A stretch of DNA of 32,000 nt from Thermococcus kodakarensis KOD1 (GTDB lineage: Archaea > Methanobacteriota_B > Thermococci > Thermococcales > Thermococcaceae): NCBI RefSeq assembly GCF_000009965.1, contig NC_006624.1, positions 720,001 through 752,000 of the forward strand, given 5' to 3'. The stretch's first letter is position 1, and each line of letters begins with the position of its first letter. The notes under the pieces were generated by a model. The model saw only the letters and a list, made by a program, of their open reading frames with translations, was not told the DNA's origin and did no database searches. Shown here piece by piece: positions 17,226 to 24,656 of this stretch. The position numbers and the translations under genes are program-made.

Positions 17226-17690
17226 ATGGAGGAAAAGCTCATCCTCTTCGTCTGCGTCAAGAACTCCGCAAGGAGCCAGATGGCGGAAGCGTTCTTCAAC
17301 CATTTTAACGATGATCCAAGGTTCAGGGCCATGAGCGCCGGGACGGAGCCTGCCGAAGAGATAGATCCGCTCGCGAGAAAGGCCATGGAGGAAATTGGAA
17401 TTTCCCTTGAGGGCCAGTATCCGAAGCTTTACACCGAGGAGATGGCCGATAAAGCGTACATCGTCATCACGATGGGCTGTCTCGACAAGTGCCCCTACGC
17501 TCCGCCTGAAAAAACGTGGGACTGGGGGCTCGATGACCCCTACGGCCAGCCAATAGAGAAGTACCGCGAAGTAAGGGACGAGATAAAGCGCCGCGTTTTG
17601 AAGCTAATCGATGACTTAAAGGCTGGAAAGAGCAGGGAAGAGATAATCGGGAAGAAATCGGCGTTTTCAATTTCAATTAGTGCTAAATGA
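17226..17690 (+). CDS. arsC: Arsenate reductase, LMW-PTP (thioredoxin-coupled) type
   Basis: Start at ATG 17226 after GGTGG. LILFVCVKNSARSQMAE is the CX5R(S/T) P-loop. Downstream Cys pair in GCLDKCPYAP. Divergent from acr3. Confidence 0.85.
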   Translation: MEEKLILFVCVKNSARSQMAEAFFNHFNDDPRFRAMSAGTEPAEEIDPLARKAMEEIGISLEGQYPKLYTEEMADKAYIVITMGCLDKCPYAPPEKTWDWGLDDPYGQPIEKYREVRDEIKRRVLKLIDDLKAGKSREEIIGKKSAFSISISAK

Positions 17691-17828
17691 GGGTATTGGT
17701 TAGGTTCTGCTGTTTCGTTTCAAATATTTTGCCGCTAGTTCTTTCTTTTTCAAAAGACGAAGGGGAGAAAATAAGCACCTTGCAACAATGAAGAAAAGAG
17801 AAAAATTTGGGATTTGGGTATCATGGGC

Positions 17829-19694
17829 TCACTGTCCGCTAAACTCCATCCTCTTCTTTACTACATCAATCGCCCTCGCTGCGTCCTCCTTGAACTCCGG
17901 AAGGCCGAGCTTCTCCATCGTCTCCGGCAGTGGGACGCCGAGCTCCTCGTGCCAGCCCCTCAGCCTGTAGAACTCCCTTCTCGCTTCGAGGAAGTCGTTG
18001 TAGTCTATGAAGGCCGCGTTGCCCTTCGCCGGTCCGTCCGGCTCGGGCTCCCACCAGCGAGGAGGAATGGTGTCGTCGAGCGGCGGTGTTACCCAGTCGA
18101 GGGCGTCGTGTATTCTCGCTATGCTTTCAACTCCCCATGCCCTCTTTCTGAGTTCTTCTACTGTCCACTCTTCCCCGGTAGCTACAGAGTAGAGCTTGGC
18201 CAGGTCTTCCATCTTGTAGGGCACAAACTTGCACGTTCCGAGCATGTCCGTGATGTAACTCTCGTCTCTACCCTCGATGAGAGAAGGTACAAGCTCCTTC
18301 GCCGGCCCCTGATTGGGGAGCTGGTGAGGCCTCGGCCAGCCGCGGAGGTGTGAAGCGCCAACGTCAGCGGTGGCGTAGCTAAGTCCGTATGTCCTCCTGC
18401 CGCGCGGGTCCCAGGCCGGGCTTTCCATGCCCTTGACGTGAACGGCGAACTCGCAGCCCCTTCCAAGCCTCTCGCAGGCTCTCTTGACTCCATCGGCGAG
18501 GATTGCTCCGATGCCCTTCCTCTCGGCCATCAGCTTTATGAGCCTCTCCTCAGCTTCAGCATCGCCGAAGCCCTTCACGGGAAAACCTATCTCGTCCTCG
18601 CTAATCAGTCCCCTCTCAACCATCTCGAAGAGCCAGCCGATTGTCGCTCCTGTCGCTATGCTGTCCATTCCGTAGTCGTTGACGAGGTGTATGAAATATG
18701 CCACGGCAGGGAAGTCAAAAACGCCAGTAGCTGCTCCGAGCATGGCTATGCTCTCATATTCAGGCTTGACGCGGATCTTCTTGCCCTTGTACTCGACCTC
18801 AACGTAGCGGGCGCACTTTATCGGGCAGCTCTTTCCATGGACGAACCACTCCGGCTCGACCTCGTACTTCTTGACCTCATCTCCACCGAGTTTGGAAGCA
18901 AGCTCGTCCGGGATGTAGGGCCTTGAGAAGTTGTAGGCCGGGCTCATTCCGAGTGAAGCGGCGCTCCTTAGGGCGTCGGTCGTTCCGTAGGTTCTCGTGT
19001 GCTCGTACTTGGGGTTTGTGGCGAACTCGTTGTAGTATTCCTGCCAGAGCCTCTGGAACTCCTCTGGCTCCGCGACCTTAGGTTTCTCGCCGGGCTCGAC
19101 GACCACGGCCTTTACCCTCTTGCTTCCAAGGACTGCACCAAGACCACCCCTTCCGCTGGCCCTCTCGGTGTCGTAAATTATGTCCGCTATCCTGCTGAGC
19201 CTTTCACCAGCCGGGCCGACCATTGCCATGCTCGCCGTCGGATACTCCTTCCAGAGCTCCTTGGCAACCTCGTAGTTGCCCTTGCCCCAGAGGTGGCTCG
19301 CGTCCTTAATCTCGACCTTTCCGTCGTGGATGTAGAGGTAAACGGGCTCCTCGCTCTTCCCTTCGATTATCAGTGCGTCGAAGTGTCCCCTGAGCTTCGG
19401 GCCAAAAGCGTCGCCACCGCTCGAATCGCTGATGAGCCTCGTTTCGGGGCTCTTGCTGATGGCGATTACCTTGCTCGAACCCGGAACGAGGCCAGTCAAT
19501 CCACCAGCCGCGAAGACGAACTTGTTCGCTGGGCTGAGCGGGTCGGTTCCAGGCGGGACTTCCCTGTAGATGATGTAGTAGCCGAGCCCCTTTCCACCGA
19601 TGAACTTCCTTATCACCTCATCAGGAAGCTCTTCGTAGGTTACCTTTCCAGTTGTCAGGTTTACACGGGCTATCTTGTTCTGGTAGCCATACAT
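17829..19694 (-). CDS. Tungstopterin aldehyde:ferredoxin oxidoreductase family enzyme (AOR/FOR/WOR paralogue, possibly WOR4-like)
   Basis: MYGYQNKIARVNLTTGKV..., GGRGLG-like N-domain, KPEYESIAMLGA, GMDSIATG, DPRG..YGLSYATADVGASH. 621 aa. Start trimmed to ATG 19694. Confidence 0.85.
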   Translation of the reverse strand: MYGYQNKIARVNLTTGKVTYEELPDEVIRKFIGGKGLGYYIIYREVPPGTDPLSPANKFVFAAGGLTGLVPGSSKVIAISKSPETRLISDSSGGDAFGPKLRGHFDALIIEGKSEEPVYLYIHDGKVEIKDASHLWGKGNYEVAKELWKEYPTASMAMVGPAGERLSRIADIIYDTERASGRGGLGAVLGSKRVKAVVVEPGEKPKVAEPEEFQRLWQEYYNEFATNPKYEHTRTYGTTDALRSAASLGMSPAYNFSRPYIPDELASKLGGDEVKKYEVEPEWFVHGKSCPIKCARYVEVEYKGKKIRVKPEYESIAMLGAATGVFDFPAVAYFIHLVNDYGMDSIATGATIGWLFEMVERGLISEDEIGFPVKGFGDAEAEERLIKLMAERKGIGAILADGVKRACERLGRGCEFAVHVKGMESPAWDPRGRRTYGLSYATADVGASHLRGWPRPHQLPNQGPAKELVPSLIEGRDESYITDMLGTCKFVPYKMEDLAKLYSVATGEEWTVEELRKRAWGVESIARIHDALDWVTPPLDDTIPPRWWEPEPDGPAKGNAAFIDYNDFLEARREFYRLRGWHEELGVPLPETMEKLGLPEFKEDAARAIDVVKKRMEFSGQ

Positions 19695-20530
19695 CAGACA
19701 CACCCCCTTGCGTTCTCTCTATCCTCCTTTGAGAGTCTCCATCCCATAGCACCGAAGTTCTCCTCTAGGTGAGCCTTGTTTCCAGCCTTTGGGATGGCTA
19801 TGACGTTCTCCTCCCAGATGAGGTAGTTGAGCGCAACCTGAGCGGCTGTCTTACCGTATTTCTTCCCGATCTCGGCCAAACATTCGTTTCTCGCGAGGGT
19901 TCCCTTTTCAAGCGGCGTGTAGGCTATCAGCGCAATCCCCTCACGCTTCATGTAGTCGAGCAGACCTGTAGTTTCTGGCCAGCGGTCTTTGAGGGAGTAC
20001 TTGACCTCGTTGGCGACTATCTCGTACTTCTTCATCGCCTCCTGGCTTCTCTTGAGAAGCTCGAGGTCGAAGTTGCTGACGCCGATGTACCTGATCAGCC
20101 CCTCGTCGACGAGCTCCTCTAGCGCGTGGAGCGTCTCCTTGATCTTCTCCCAACTGTCGCCAGGCCAGTGGAGGAGATAAAGGTCAATATAAGTGCCTAG
20201 TCTCTTTGCGCTCGCTCTTGCGGCCCTCTTTGCTTCCTCGTAGCCGAAGTGTGTCGGCCACACTTTGCTGATGATGAAAATATCATCGCGCTCGAACTCC
20301 TTTATGGCCTCTCCTACGAGCTCCTCCGAGTGTCCTGCCCCGTAGAACTCAGCGGTGTCTATGAGGTTTATTCCGAGCTCGAGGCCATGCCTTAGAACCT
20401 CAACGCTCTCATTATCCTTTGAATAGTCTGGACTCTCGTAGCCGCCTATTCCCCACGTGCCCATGCCTATGGCCGTAACTTTGTCGTCACCTATCCACTT
20501 AAGGTCGTTAAAAATCCTAACCTTCTTCAT
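19694..20530 (-). CDS. Aldo/keto reductase
   Basis: GMGTWGIGG, LIDTAEFYG, LHWP, IGVSNF, IPKAGN motifs. The stop TGA overlaps the AOR-family ATG (TGATG). Confidence 0.85.
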   Translation of the reverse strand: MKKVRIFNDLKWIGDDKVTAIGMGTWGIGGYESPDYSKDNESVEVLRHGLELGINLIDTAEFYGAGHSEELVGEAIKEFERDDIFIISKVWPTHFGYEEAKRAARASAKRLGTYIDLYLLHWPGDSWEKIKETLHALEELVDEGLIRYIGVSNFDLELLKRSQEAMKKYEIVANEVKYSLKDRWPETTGLLDYMKREGIALIAYTPLEKGTLARNECLAEIGKKYGKTAAQVALNYLIWEENVIAIPKAGNKAHLEENFGAMGWRLSKEDRENARGCV

Positions 20531-20561
20531 CTTTCACACCAAAACGATTTGGAACTCGACC

Positions 20562-20569
20562 TTAATTAA
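20562..20569. promoter_or_regulatory. Palindromic A/T box TTAATTAA shared by the divergent AKR (ATG 20530) and cbiZ (ATG 20591) genes
   Basis: It is the only A/T box in the 60-bp spacer. It lies about 25 nt from ATG 20591 and about 35 nt from ATG 20530, which has GGTG as SD. Confidence 0.4.
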
Positions 20570-20590
20570 GGTTTCTCTCTGAACGATAAA

Positions 20591-21301
20591 ATGGAAGAAG
20601 AAATGATGGGTCGTGGCCAACTCTGGAAACTGAGTTTTGGCCAAAACGGTTGGGGACATTCTGAGAGCGCTACCATGAACGGCAGTTTTATTAACAACGA
20701 TAGATTCACGCCCAATATGAGACACTTTATTCGACCCTTTAATGAACCAATGTTCTCACTCAGCAACGCACCTCACAACGGGGGCCTCTTTAAGGCAAAC
20801 GGCTTCTTCTTCATGATGGTTCACAAGAACTATTCTGGCGACTATAAGGCCGATTGTCTGAAGTTCGAACAGGAAAACGGCCTAAATAACTTCGTCGGCT
20901 TCATGACGGCGGCTAACATTGAGAAAGTCCTGGCCGTCTCAAGGAGCGGAAGCGTTACAGCCTACATAACTGCAGGGGTAACCAACCCCGCGATAGCCGG
21001 AGAAGTCCCACCGCCTTGGAAGCCCGGGACGATAAATATGGCGCTCGTTATTGAAGACGGCCTGACGGTCGGGGCAATGGCCAACGCAATAATGACGGCT
21101 ACCGAGGCGAAGACATACACCCTGCTGAGACTTGGCTACAACGCGACGGGAACGACGAGCGATGGGATAGGAGTTTTCGCCTTCGAGGGAGAAAAAGAAT
21201 GGGCCGGGACGGCGACGGAGCTCGGAATAAACATAGGCCGAGCCGTTAGGAAGGCGCTGGAGGAGAGTTTGGGGAAGTGGAAATCATCGAGAAAGGGTTA
21301 A
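20591..21301 (+). CDS. cbiZ: Adenosylcobinamide amidohydrolase
   Basis: LSNAPHNGGL, FMTAANIEK, AGVTNPAIAG, GTINMALVIEDGL, MTATEAKTYTL, ATGTTSDGIGV. This pattern is as I recall for archaeal CbiZ. The start is uncertain. Confidence 0.7.
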   Translation: MEEEMMGRGQLWKLSFGQNGWGHSESATMNGSFINNDRFTPNMRHFIRPFNEPMFSLSNAPHNGGLFKANGFFFMMVHKNYSGDYKADCLKFEQENGLNNFVGFMTAANIEKVLAVSRSGSVTAYITAGVTNPAIAGEVPPPWKPGTINMALVIEDGLTVGAMANAIMTATEAKTYTLLRLGYNATGTTSDGIGVFAFEGEKEWAGTATELGINIGRAVRKALEESLGKWKSSRKG

Positions 21302-21335
21302 ATACACGTTCGTCAAAATTCACCTCGGTGAGAGA

Positions 21336-21548
21336 ATGGAAGATATGGAGAGCCAGGTTGAGAGACTTTTCCTGTACGCCCAGAACCTCCTCTTGAAGCT
21401 TCGGCTGAAGGAACTTCAAAAGGATCACGTTACACTTGAAGACATTGAGAGAATTGTTCAGGAGGAGTTAACTGTTGACGAGGATGTTGAAGACATAACA
21501 GAGATAATTCGTCAGATGAGGGAGAGAGATTATGAGTTTGAGTACTGA
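21336..21548 (+). CDS. Acidic 70-aa protein overlapping the start of the PIN gene; putative cognate antitoxin
   Basis: Position only: it sits directly upstream of and overlaps vapC by 17 nt, with small size and an acidic C-terminus. I recognise no fold motif. Confidence 0.4.
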   Translation: MEDMESQVERLFLYAQNLLLKLRLKELQKDHVTLEDIERIVQEELTVDEDVEDITEIIRQMRERDYEFEY

Positions 21549-21807
21549 CGTGGTACTGGATACCAGCGTTCTCGTTAAGGGTATTTTGCCCCCTCTGCGT
21601 AGGAAACGTGATGATGTTTATTATAGACAGCTCTCCCTTCATTTGAAGGCCAAGGAACTTTTGAATAACGTTCAGGACGGAATATTCTCGCTTCACGAAC
21701 CCGTTGTAGCCCTTATTGAAACTTCAACCGTGCTGTGGAGACTTTCGAAAAGTGAACGAATAGTCAATGTTGGGATAGAGTTTTTGGAGGCACATTCCCT
21801 CTTTTAC
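21532..21807 (+). pseudogene. vapC: PIN-domain (VapC-type) toxin gene, 5' part, interrupted by the IS element
   Basis: MSLSTDVVLDTSVLVKG (first acidic residue) ...VVALIETSTVLWRL (second). The reading frame then runs into IS left-end sequence and stops at 21850-21852. Confidence 0.75.
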
Positions 21808-21823
21808 TTTTTTCTTCTGAAAG

Positions 21824-21844
21824 CCTCGCCCTTTAGGGCGGGGA
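21824..21844 (+). repeat. Left subterminal hairpin CCTCGCCCTTTAGGGCGGGGA
   Basis: Stem CGCCC/GGGCG with TTTA loop. Identical 21-mer at 23395-23415. Confidence 0.85.
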
Positions 21845-21890
21845 TGCAGTAATCAAAAGACCAGCCTGAAAGCGAGAAAGCACTTCACCA

Positions 21891-21925
21891 AAATACTTAA
21901 ATACTAAACCATACTACTAAATACT
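21891..21925 (+). promoter_or_regulatory. Four phased ATACT pentamers (three as AAATACT) upstream of the RHH gene: promoter/operator candidate
   Basis: ATACT begins at 21893, 21901, 21911 and 21921 (spacing 8, 10, 10). TAAATACT occurs twice (21898-21905, 21918-21925). Confidence 0.45.
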
Positions 21926-21935
21926 GGTGAGTGGA

Positions 21936-22091
21936 GTGGGAGTAATCACAATCTCCGTTGATGATGAAGTCGAAAAGAAATTCAGAGAACTCGTGGAGAA
22001 AAAATACGGGAAAATCAGAGGGGCTTTAGGTGTTGCGGTAACCGAAGCAATTAAACTCTGGATTAAAAAAGTCGAAAGCGAGGAAAAATGA
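21936..22091 (+). CDS. Ribbon-helix-helix (CopG/Arc/MetJ-like) small protein, translationally coupled to tnpB
   Basis: Below the track cut-off. Own translation: (M)GVITISVDDEVEKKFRELVEKKYGKIRGALGVAVTEAIKLWIKKVESEEK*, a beta-strand followed by two helices. GGTGA lies 5 nt upstream of GTG 21936 (alt GTG 21927). The stop TGA overlaps the tnpB ATG (ATGA at 22088-22091). Confidence 0.55.
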   Translation: MGVITISVDDEVEKKFRELVEKKYGKIRGALGVAVTEAIKLWIKKVESEEK

Positions 22092-23383
22092 AGCGAACAG
22101 TAACAGTAAAACTACAACCCTCAAAAGCCCAAGAGAAAGCTCTTTCCGAGTTAGCTCTTATTAGCTCCAAAGTTTGGAACAAGGTGAACTACCTAAGAAG
22201 AAAAGAATTCTTCGAGGGCAAACCAATAGACTTTAACAAAACCGAGAAAATAGTCTATGAAGAGTTTAAATCCGAGATAGGCTCGGCAACAGTCCAGCAA
22301 ATAGCGAGAAAGAACGCCGAAAGCTGGAGAAGTTTCTTCTCACTCCTTCGGAACAAGCGGAACGGAGAACTACCAAAATGGTTCAAGCCAAAACCCCCGA
22401 ACTACATCAAGGAAGGAGGCTTAATAATCCTCAGAAACGACCAATACAAAATTGAGGGAAACAAGCTAATCCTCAAAGGCCTCGGAAAATTCAGAAGACT
22501 GGAAGTCCAGTTCAAAGGGAGAATCCACCTTAAAGGCAAGCAAGGTCGCTTAGAGATAACTTTCGACCCTGTAAAGCGAAAATGGTATGCTCATATTTCA
22601 TACACGGTGGAGGAGAAACTAATTAACGGTAAGTGGGTTAAGCTTCCAAGAGAACCCTTAGGCAACCTTTCAGCAGGCATAGACTTGGGAGTGAACAACC
22701 TAATGGCCGTTTACGTTGAGAATGGAGAGAGTTTCTTGGTGAACGGTAGGCCATTAAAAAGTATTGATTTTTACTGGCAGAAGAGGATTGCAGAGTATCA
22801 GTCCAAACTTAACAAAAGCGGAGCTAAAAAGAGTAAGAAACTCTCCAGAATGCACCAGAAGGCCAAGCTTCAGGCGAAACACTACATTAACACGATGGTG
22901 AGACAAACCGTTGAGAAGCTTTATCATCTCGGAGTTTCGAGAATAATAGTCGGTTATCCGAAGGGGATAGCAAGAAACTCCGACAGAGGTAGGAAGCAGA
23001 ATTATCTCCTCTCCCACGTCTGGCGGTTTAACACGGTGATAAAACGGCTCAAGGAAGTCGCCGAAGAGTATGGTATTCAGGTTTTGGTTGTGAATGAGGC
23101 TTTCACTTCAAAAACGTGCCCCGTCTGCGGGAAGCCCCACGATGGGGCGAGATTTGTTCGGGGTTTGTTTAAGTGTCCCGCAACGGGGCTTATCTTCAAT
23201 GCAGACCTCGTTGGAGCGTTTAACATTTTGAGAAAGGCTGTAAAAACGATAACCCCGAGCCTCTCTGCTTTGTCAGGAGGTAGGGGTAATTGGCCGGAGA
23301 CCCGGCCAGAGGGGTCGAAGACCCGCTTTAAATTGGGTCTGAATGAGACTCCTCAAACCTCTCCGCCAATGGTGAGGGGTTAA
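22088..23383 (+). CDS. tnpB: TnpB (OrfB) RNA-guided RuvC nuclease of IS200/IS605 family
   Basis: 431 aa. RuvC-I GIDLGVNNLMAV, RuvC-II VVNEAFTSKTCPVCG, RuvC-III FNADLVGAFNILRKA. Zn-finger region CPVCG...KCPATG. Confidence 0.9.
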   Translation: MKRTVTVKLQPSKAQEKALSELALISSKVWNKVNYLRRKEFFEGKPIDFNKTEKIVYEEFKSEIGSATVQQIARKNAESWRSFFSLLRNKRNGELPKWFKPKPPNYIKEGGLIILRNDQYKIEGNKLILKGLGKFRRLEVQFKGRIHLKGKQGRLEITFDPVKRKWYAHISYTVEEKLINGKWVKLPREPLGNLSAGIDLGVNNLMAVYVENGESFLVNGRPLKSIDFYWQKRIAEYQSKLNKSGAKKSKKLSRMHQKAKLQAKHYINTMVRQTVEKLYHLGVSRIIVGYPKGIARNSDRGRKQNYLLSHVWRFNTVIKRLKEVAEEYGIQVLVVNEAFTSKTCPVCGKPHDGARFVRGLFKCPATGLIFNADLVGAFNILRKAVKTITPSLSALSGGRGNWPETRPEGSKTRFKLGLNETPQTSPPMVRG

Positions 23384-23394
23384 TTCGTTGGAAC

Positions 23395-23415
23395 CCTCGC
23401 CCTTTAGGGCGGGGA
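23395..23415 (+). repeat. Right subterminal hairpin CCTCGCCCTTTAGGGCGGGGA
   Basis: Identical to 21824-21844. It lies 12 nt after the tnpB stop and 9 nt before the inferred right end. Confidence 0.85.
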
Positions 23416-23424
23416 GGAGGTCAG

Positions 23425-23616
23425 TCGGATGTGTACCTAATGGATGAGGCTATGAAACTAGGTAAGAAAACTGGGGCCAGCGGCTTTGATGTTCTTTTCC
23501 TGGCCTGTGCAAAGGTCTGTGGAGCAGTCCTCATCACAGATGATCTAAAGATGTATGAAAAGGCGAGAGAAATAGGAATAATGAGCCAGCTTCTCAGGGA
23601 GATTTCATCCCCATGA
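23425..23616 (+). pseudogene. vapC: PIN-domain (VapC-type) toxin gene, 3' part
   Basis: SDVYLMDEAMKLGKKTGASGFDVLFLACAKVCGAVLITDDLKMYEKA carries the third and fourth PIN acidic residues. It is in the same frame (mod 3) as 21532-21807. Confidence 0.75.
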
Positions 23617-24601
23617 GCCTCCTGTAAAGCTCCTCAACCTTCGCTGAGACCTCCTCGGGTGAAAAGCCTGCCTTGATGGCAAGCCAGGTTGCTCCTCCCG
23701 CTCCCACGCCCTCCTTGACGTAGCCGTTCTCGTAGTCCCTCAATCCTTTGAACTCACTCTTCGAGAAGTCGAGGTCGGCCGCATAGGTGATTATTCCTAT
23801 CTCCTTCGCCGTCTCTATGAAGGTTGCGCTCTTATCGCGGACTACCCACTTTGTCGTAGCTATCATGAACCTGCTCATGTCCTCTTCGAGGGCCTTCAGG
23901 AGGGCAGATACTGCCAGCATCTGCGTTCCTCCTGCTAAAACTACATTTTTCCTGAAACCGAGCGCCAGACCCACGACGGTTGCCATCATAGGGTCACCAA
24001 ACTGCCTGAGCGCTTCGAGCGGATTGTCTTTCAGCTGGCCCCTCTCGATCCCCGCTCTCTGGAATCCCTCAGCAATAACTTGCTCCTTGAGGCTCTGGGG
24101 GTTCTCAGGTGAAGCTGAGCTCGTCCTCGCATCGTAGCCCATAGCCCAGAGAACGGCCTGGGCAGTGGTAGTTCCGCCGGGGGTTGACTCGCCGATAACC
24201 AGCTCTTCTATCTCCGTCCTATTGAGCTCCTCGCCGAGGAGCTTTGCCATCCTGACAATCTCGCCGAATTCGGGGAGTGCTGGCTCTCTCCTGAAGTCCC
24301 TCCCAACGGCTGAGCTTATGTGAACGTGGGGTACGAGGGGGGCGAGGTATGTTCCGCCCCTGACCACGAGTATCGGAAAGTTCGCAAGTTCCCTAGCGGC
24401 CTTGGTGATTATAGCCGGTGTCGGGTGTCCTTCGGGGGTTACGGGGATAGCGTCTATTATCCTCGGCTTTTCATAGAAGAGGTATTCGGCGTCGGCGGGC
24501 GGAGTCAGCTTTGTCAATTCGGGAGTCGCTCCAGCAACGCTTATCCCTGGTATCAGGCTGACCTCAGTGTTTCCCAGAACCAGAATGAAGATGCTCTTCA
24601 C
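23594..24601 (-). CDS. cobT: Archaeal CobT-type phosphoribosyltransferase (UPF0284/CblS family; lower-ligand activation)
   Basis: (M)[29 protein letters not shown]...[11 protein letters not shown] recall this family as the archaeal CobT analogue. Start set at GTG 24601 by N-terminal pattern; uncertain. Confidence 0.7.
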   Translation of the reverse strand: MKSIFILVLGNTEVSLIPGISVAGATPELTKLTPPADAEYLFYEKPRIIDAIPVTPEGHPTPAIITKAARELANFPILVVRGGTYLAPLVPHVHISSAVGRDFRREPALPEFGEIVRMAKLLGEELNRTEIEELVIGESTPGGTTTAQAVLWAMGYDARTSSASPENPQSLKEQVIAEGFQRAGIERGQLKDNPLEALRQFGDPMMATVVGLALGFRKNVVLAGGTQMLAVSALLKALEEDMSRFMIATTKWVVRDKSATFIETAKEIGIITYAADLDFSKSEFKGLRDYENGYVKEGVGAGGATWLAIKAGFSPEEVSAKVEELYRRLMGMKSP

Positions 24602-24656
24602 TTCAACCACCGTGGACTTTTTATCCAGAGCCAATTTAAACTTGTTGGGTGTGGGA

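Larger units (their letters stand above)
21808..23424 (+). mobile_element. IS200/IS605-family element of the tnpB-only (IS1341-like) kind, 1617 bp, carrying RHH gene + tnpB and no Y1 tnpA
   Basis: It sits between the two halves of vapC. Identical 21-nt subterminal hairpin sequences occur at both ends. TTAC lies at the left flank, with AAAG 5' of the left hairpin. TCAG is the right terminus, with GAAC 5' of the right hairpin. GC is lower than in the flanks. Confidence 0.75.

Noticed and set aside
21824-23415. Two identical 21-nt copies of CCTCGCCCTTTAGGGCGGGGA, considered as possible CRISPR repeats or a REP-type family.
   Set aside because: There are only two copies, 1.55 kb apart, flanking tnpB at subterminal positions. 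This is fully explained as IS200/IS605 end hairpins. No array structure exists anywhere in the window.
24587-24599. Palindrome GAAGA-TGC-TCTTC, partly resembling the acr3/arsC dyad spacer (ATGCTCTTCA).
   Set aside because: It lies in the first codons of cobT (VKSIFI). The arm sequence and spacing differ from ATGAA-N6-TTCAT, so it is most simply coincidence.
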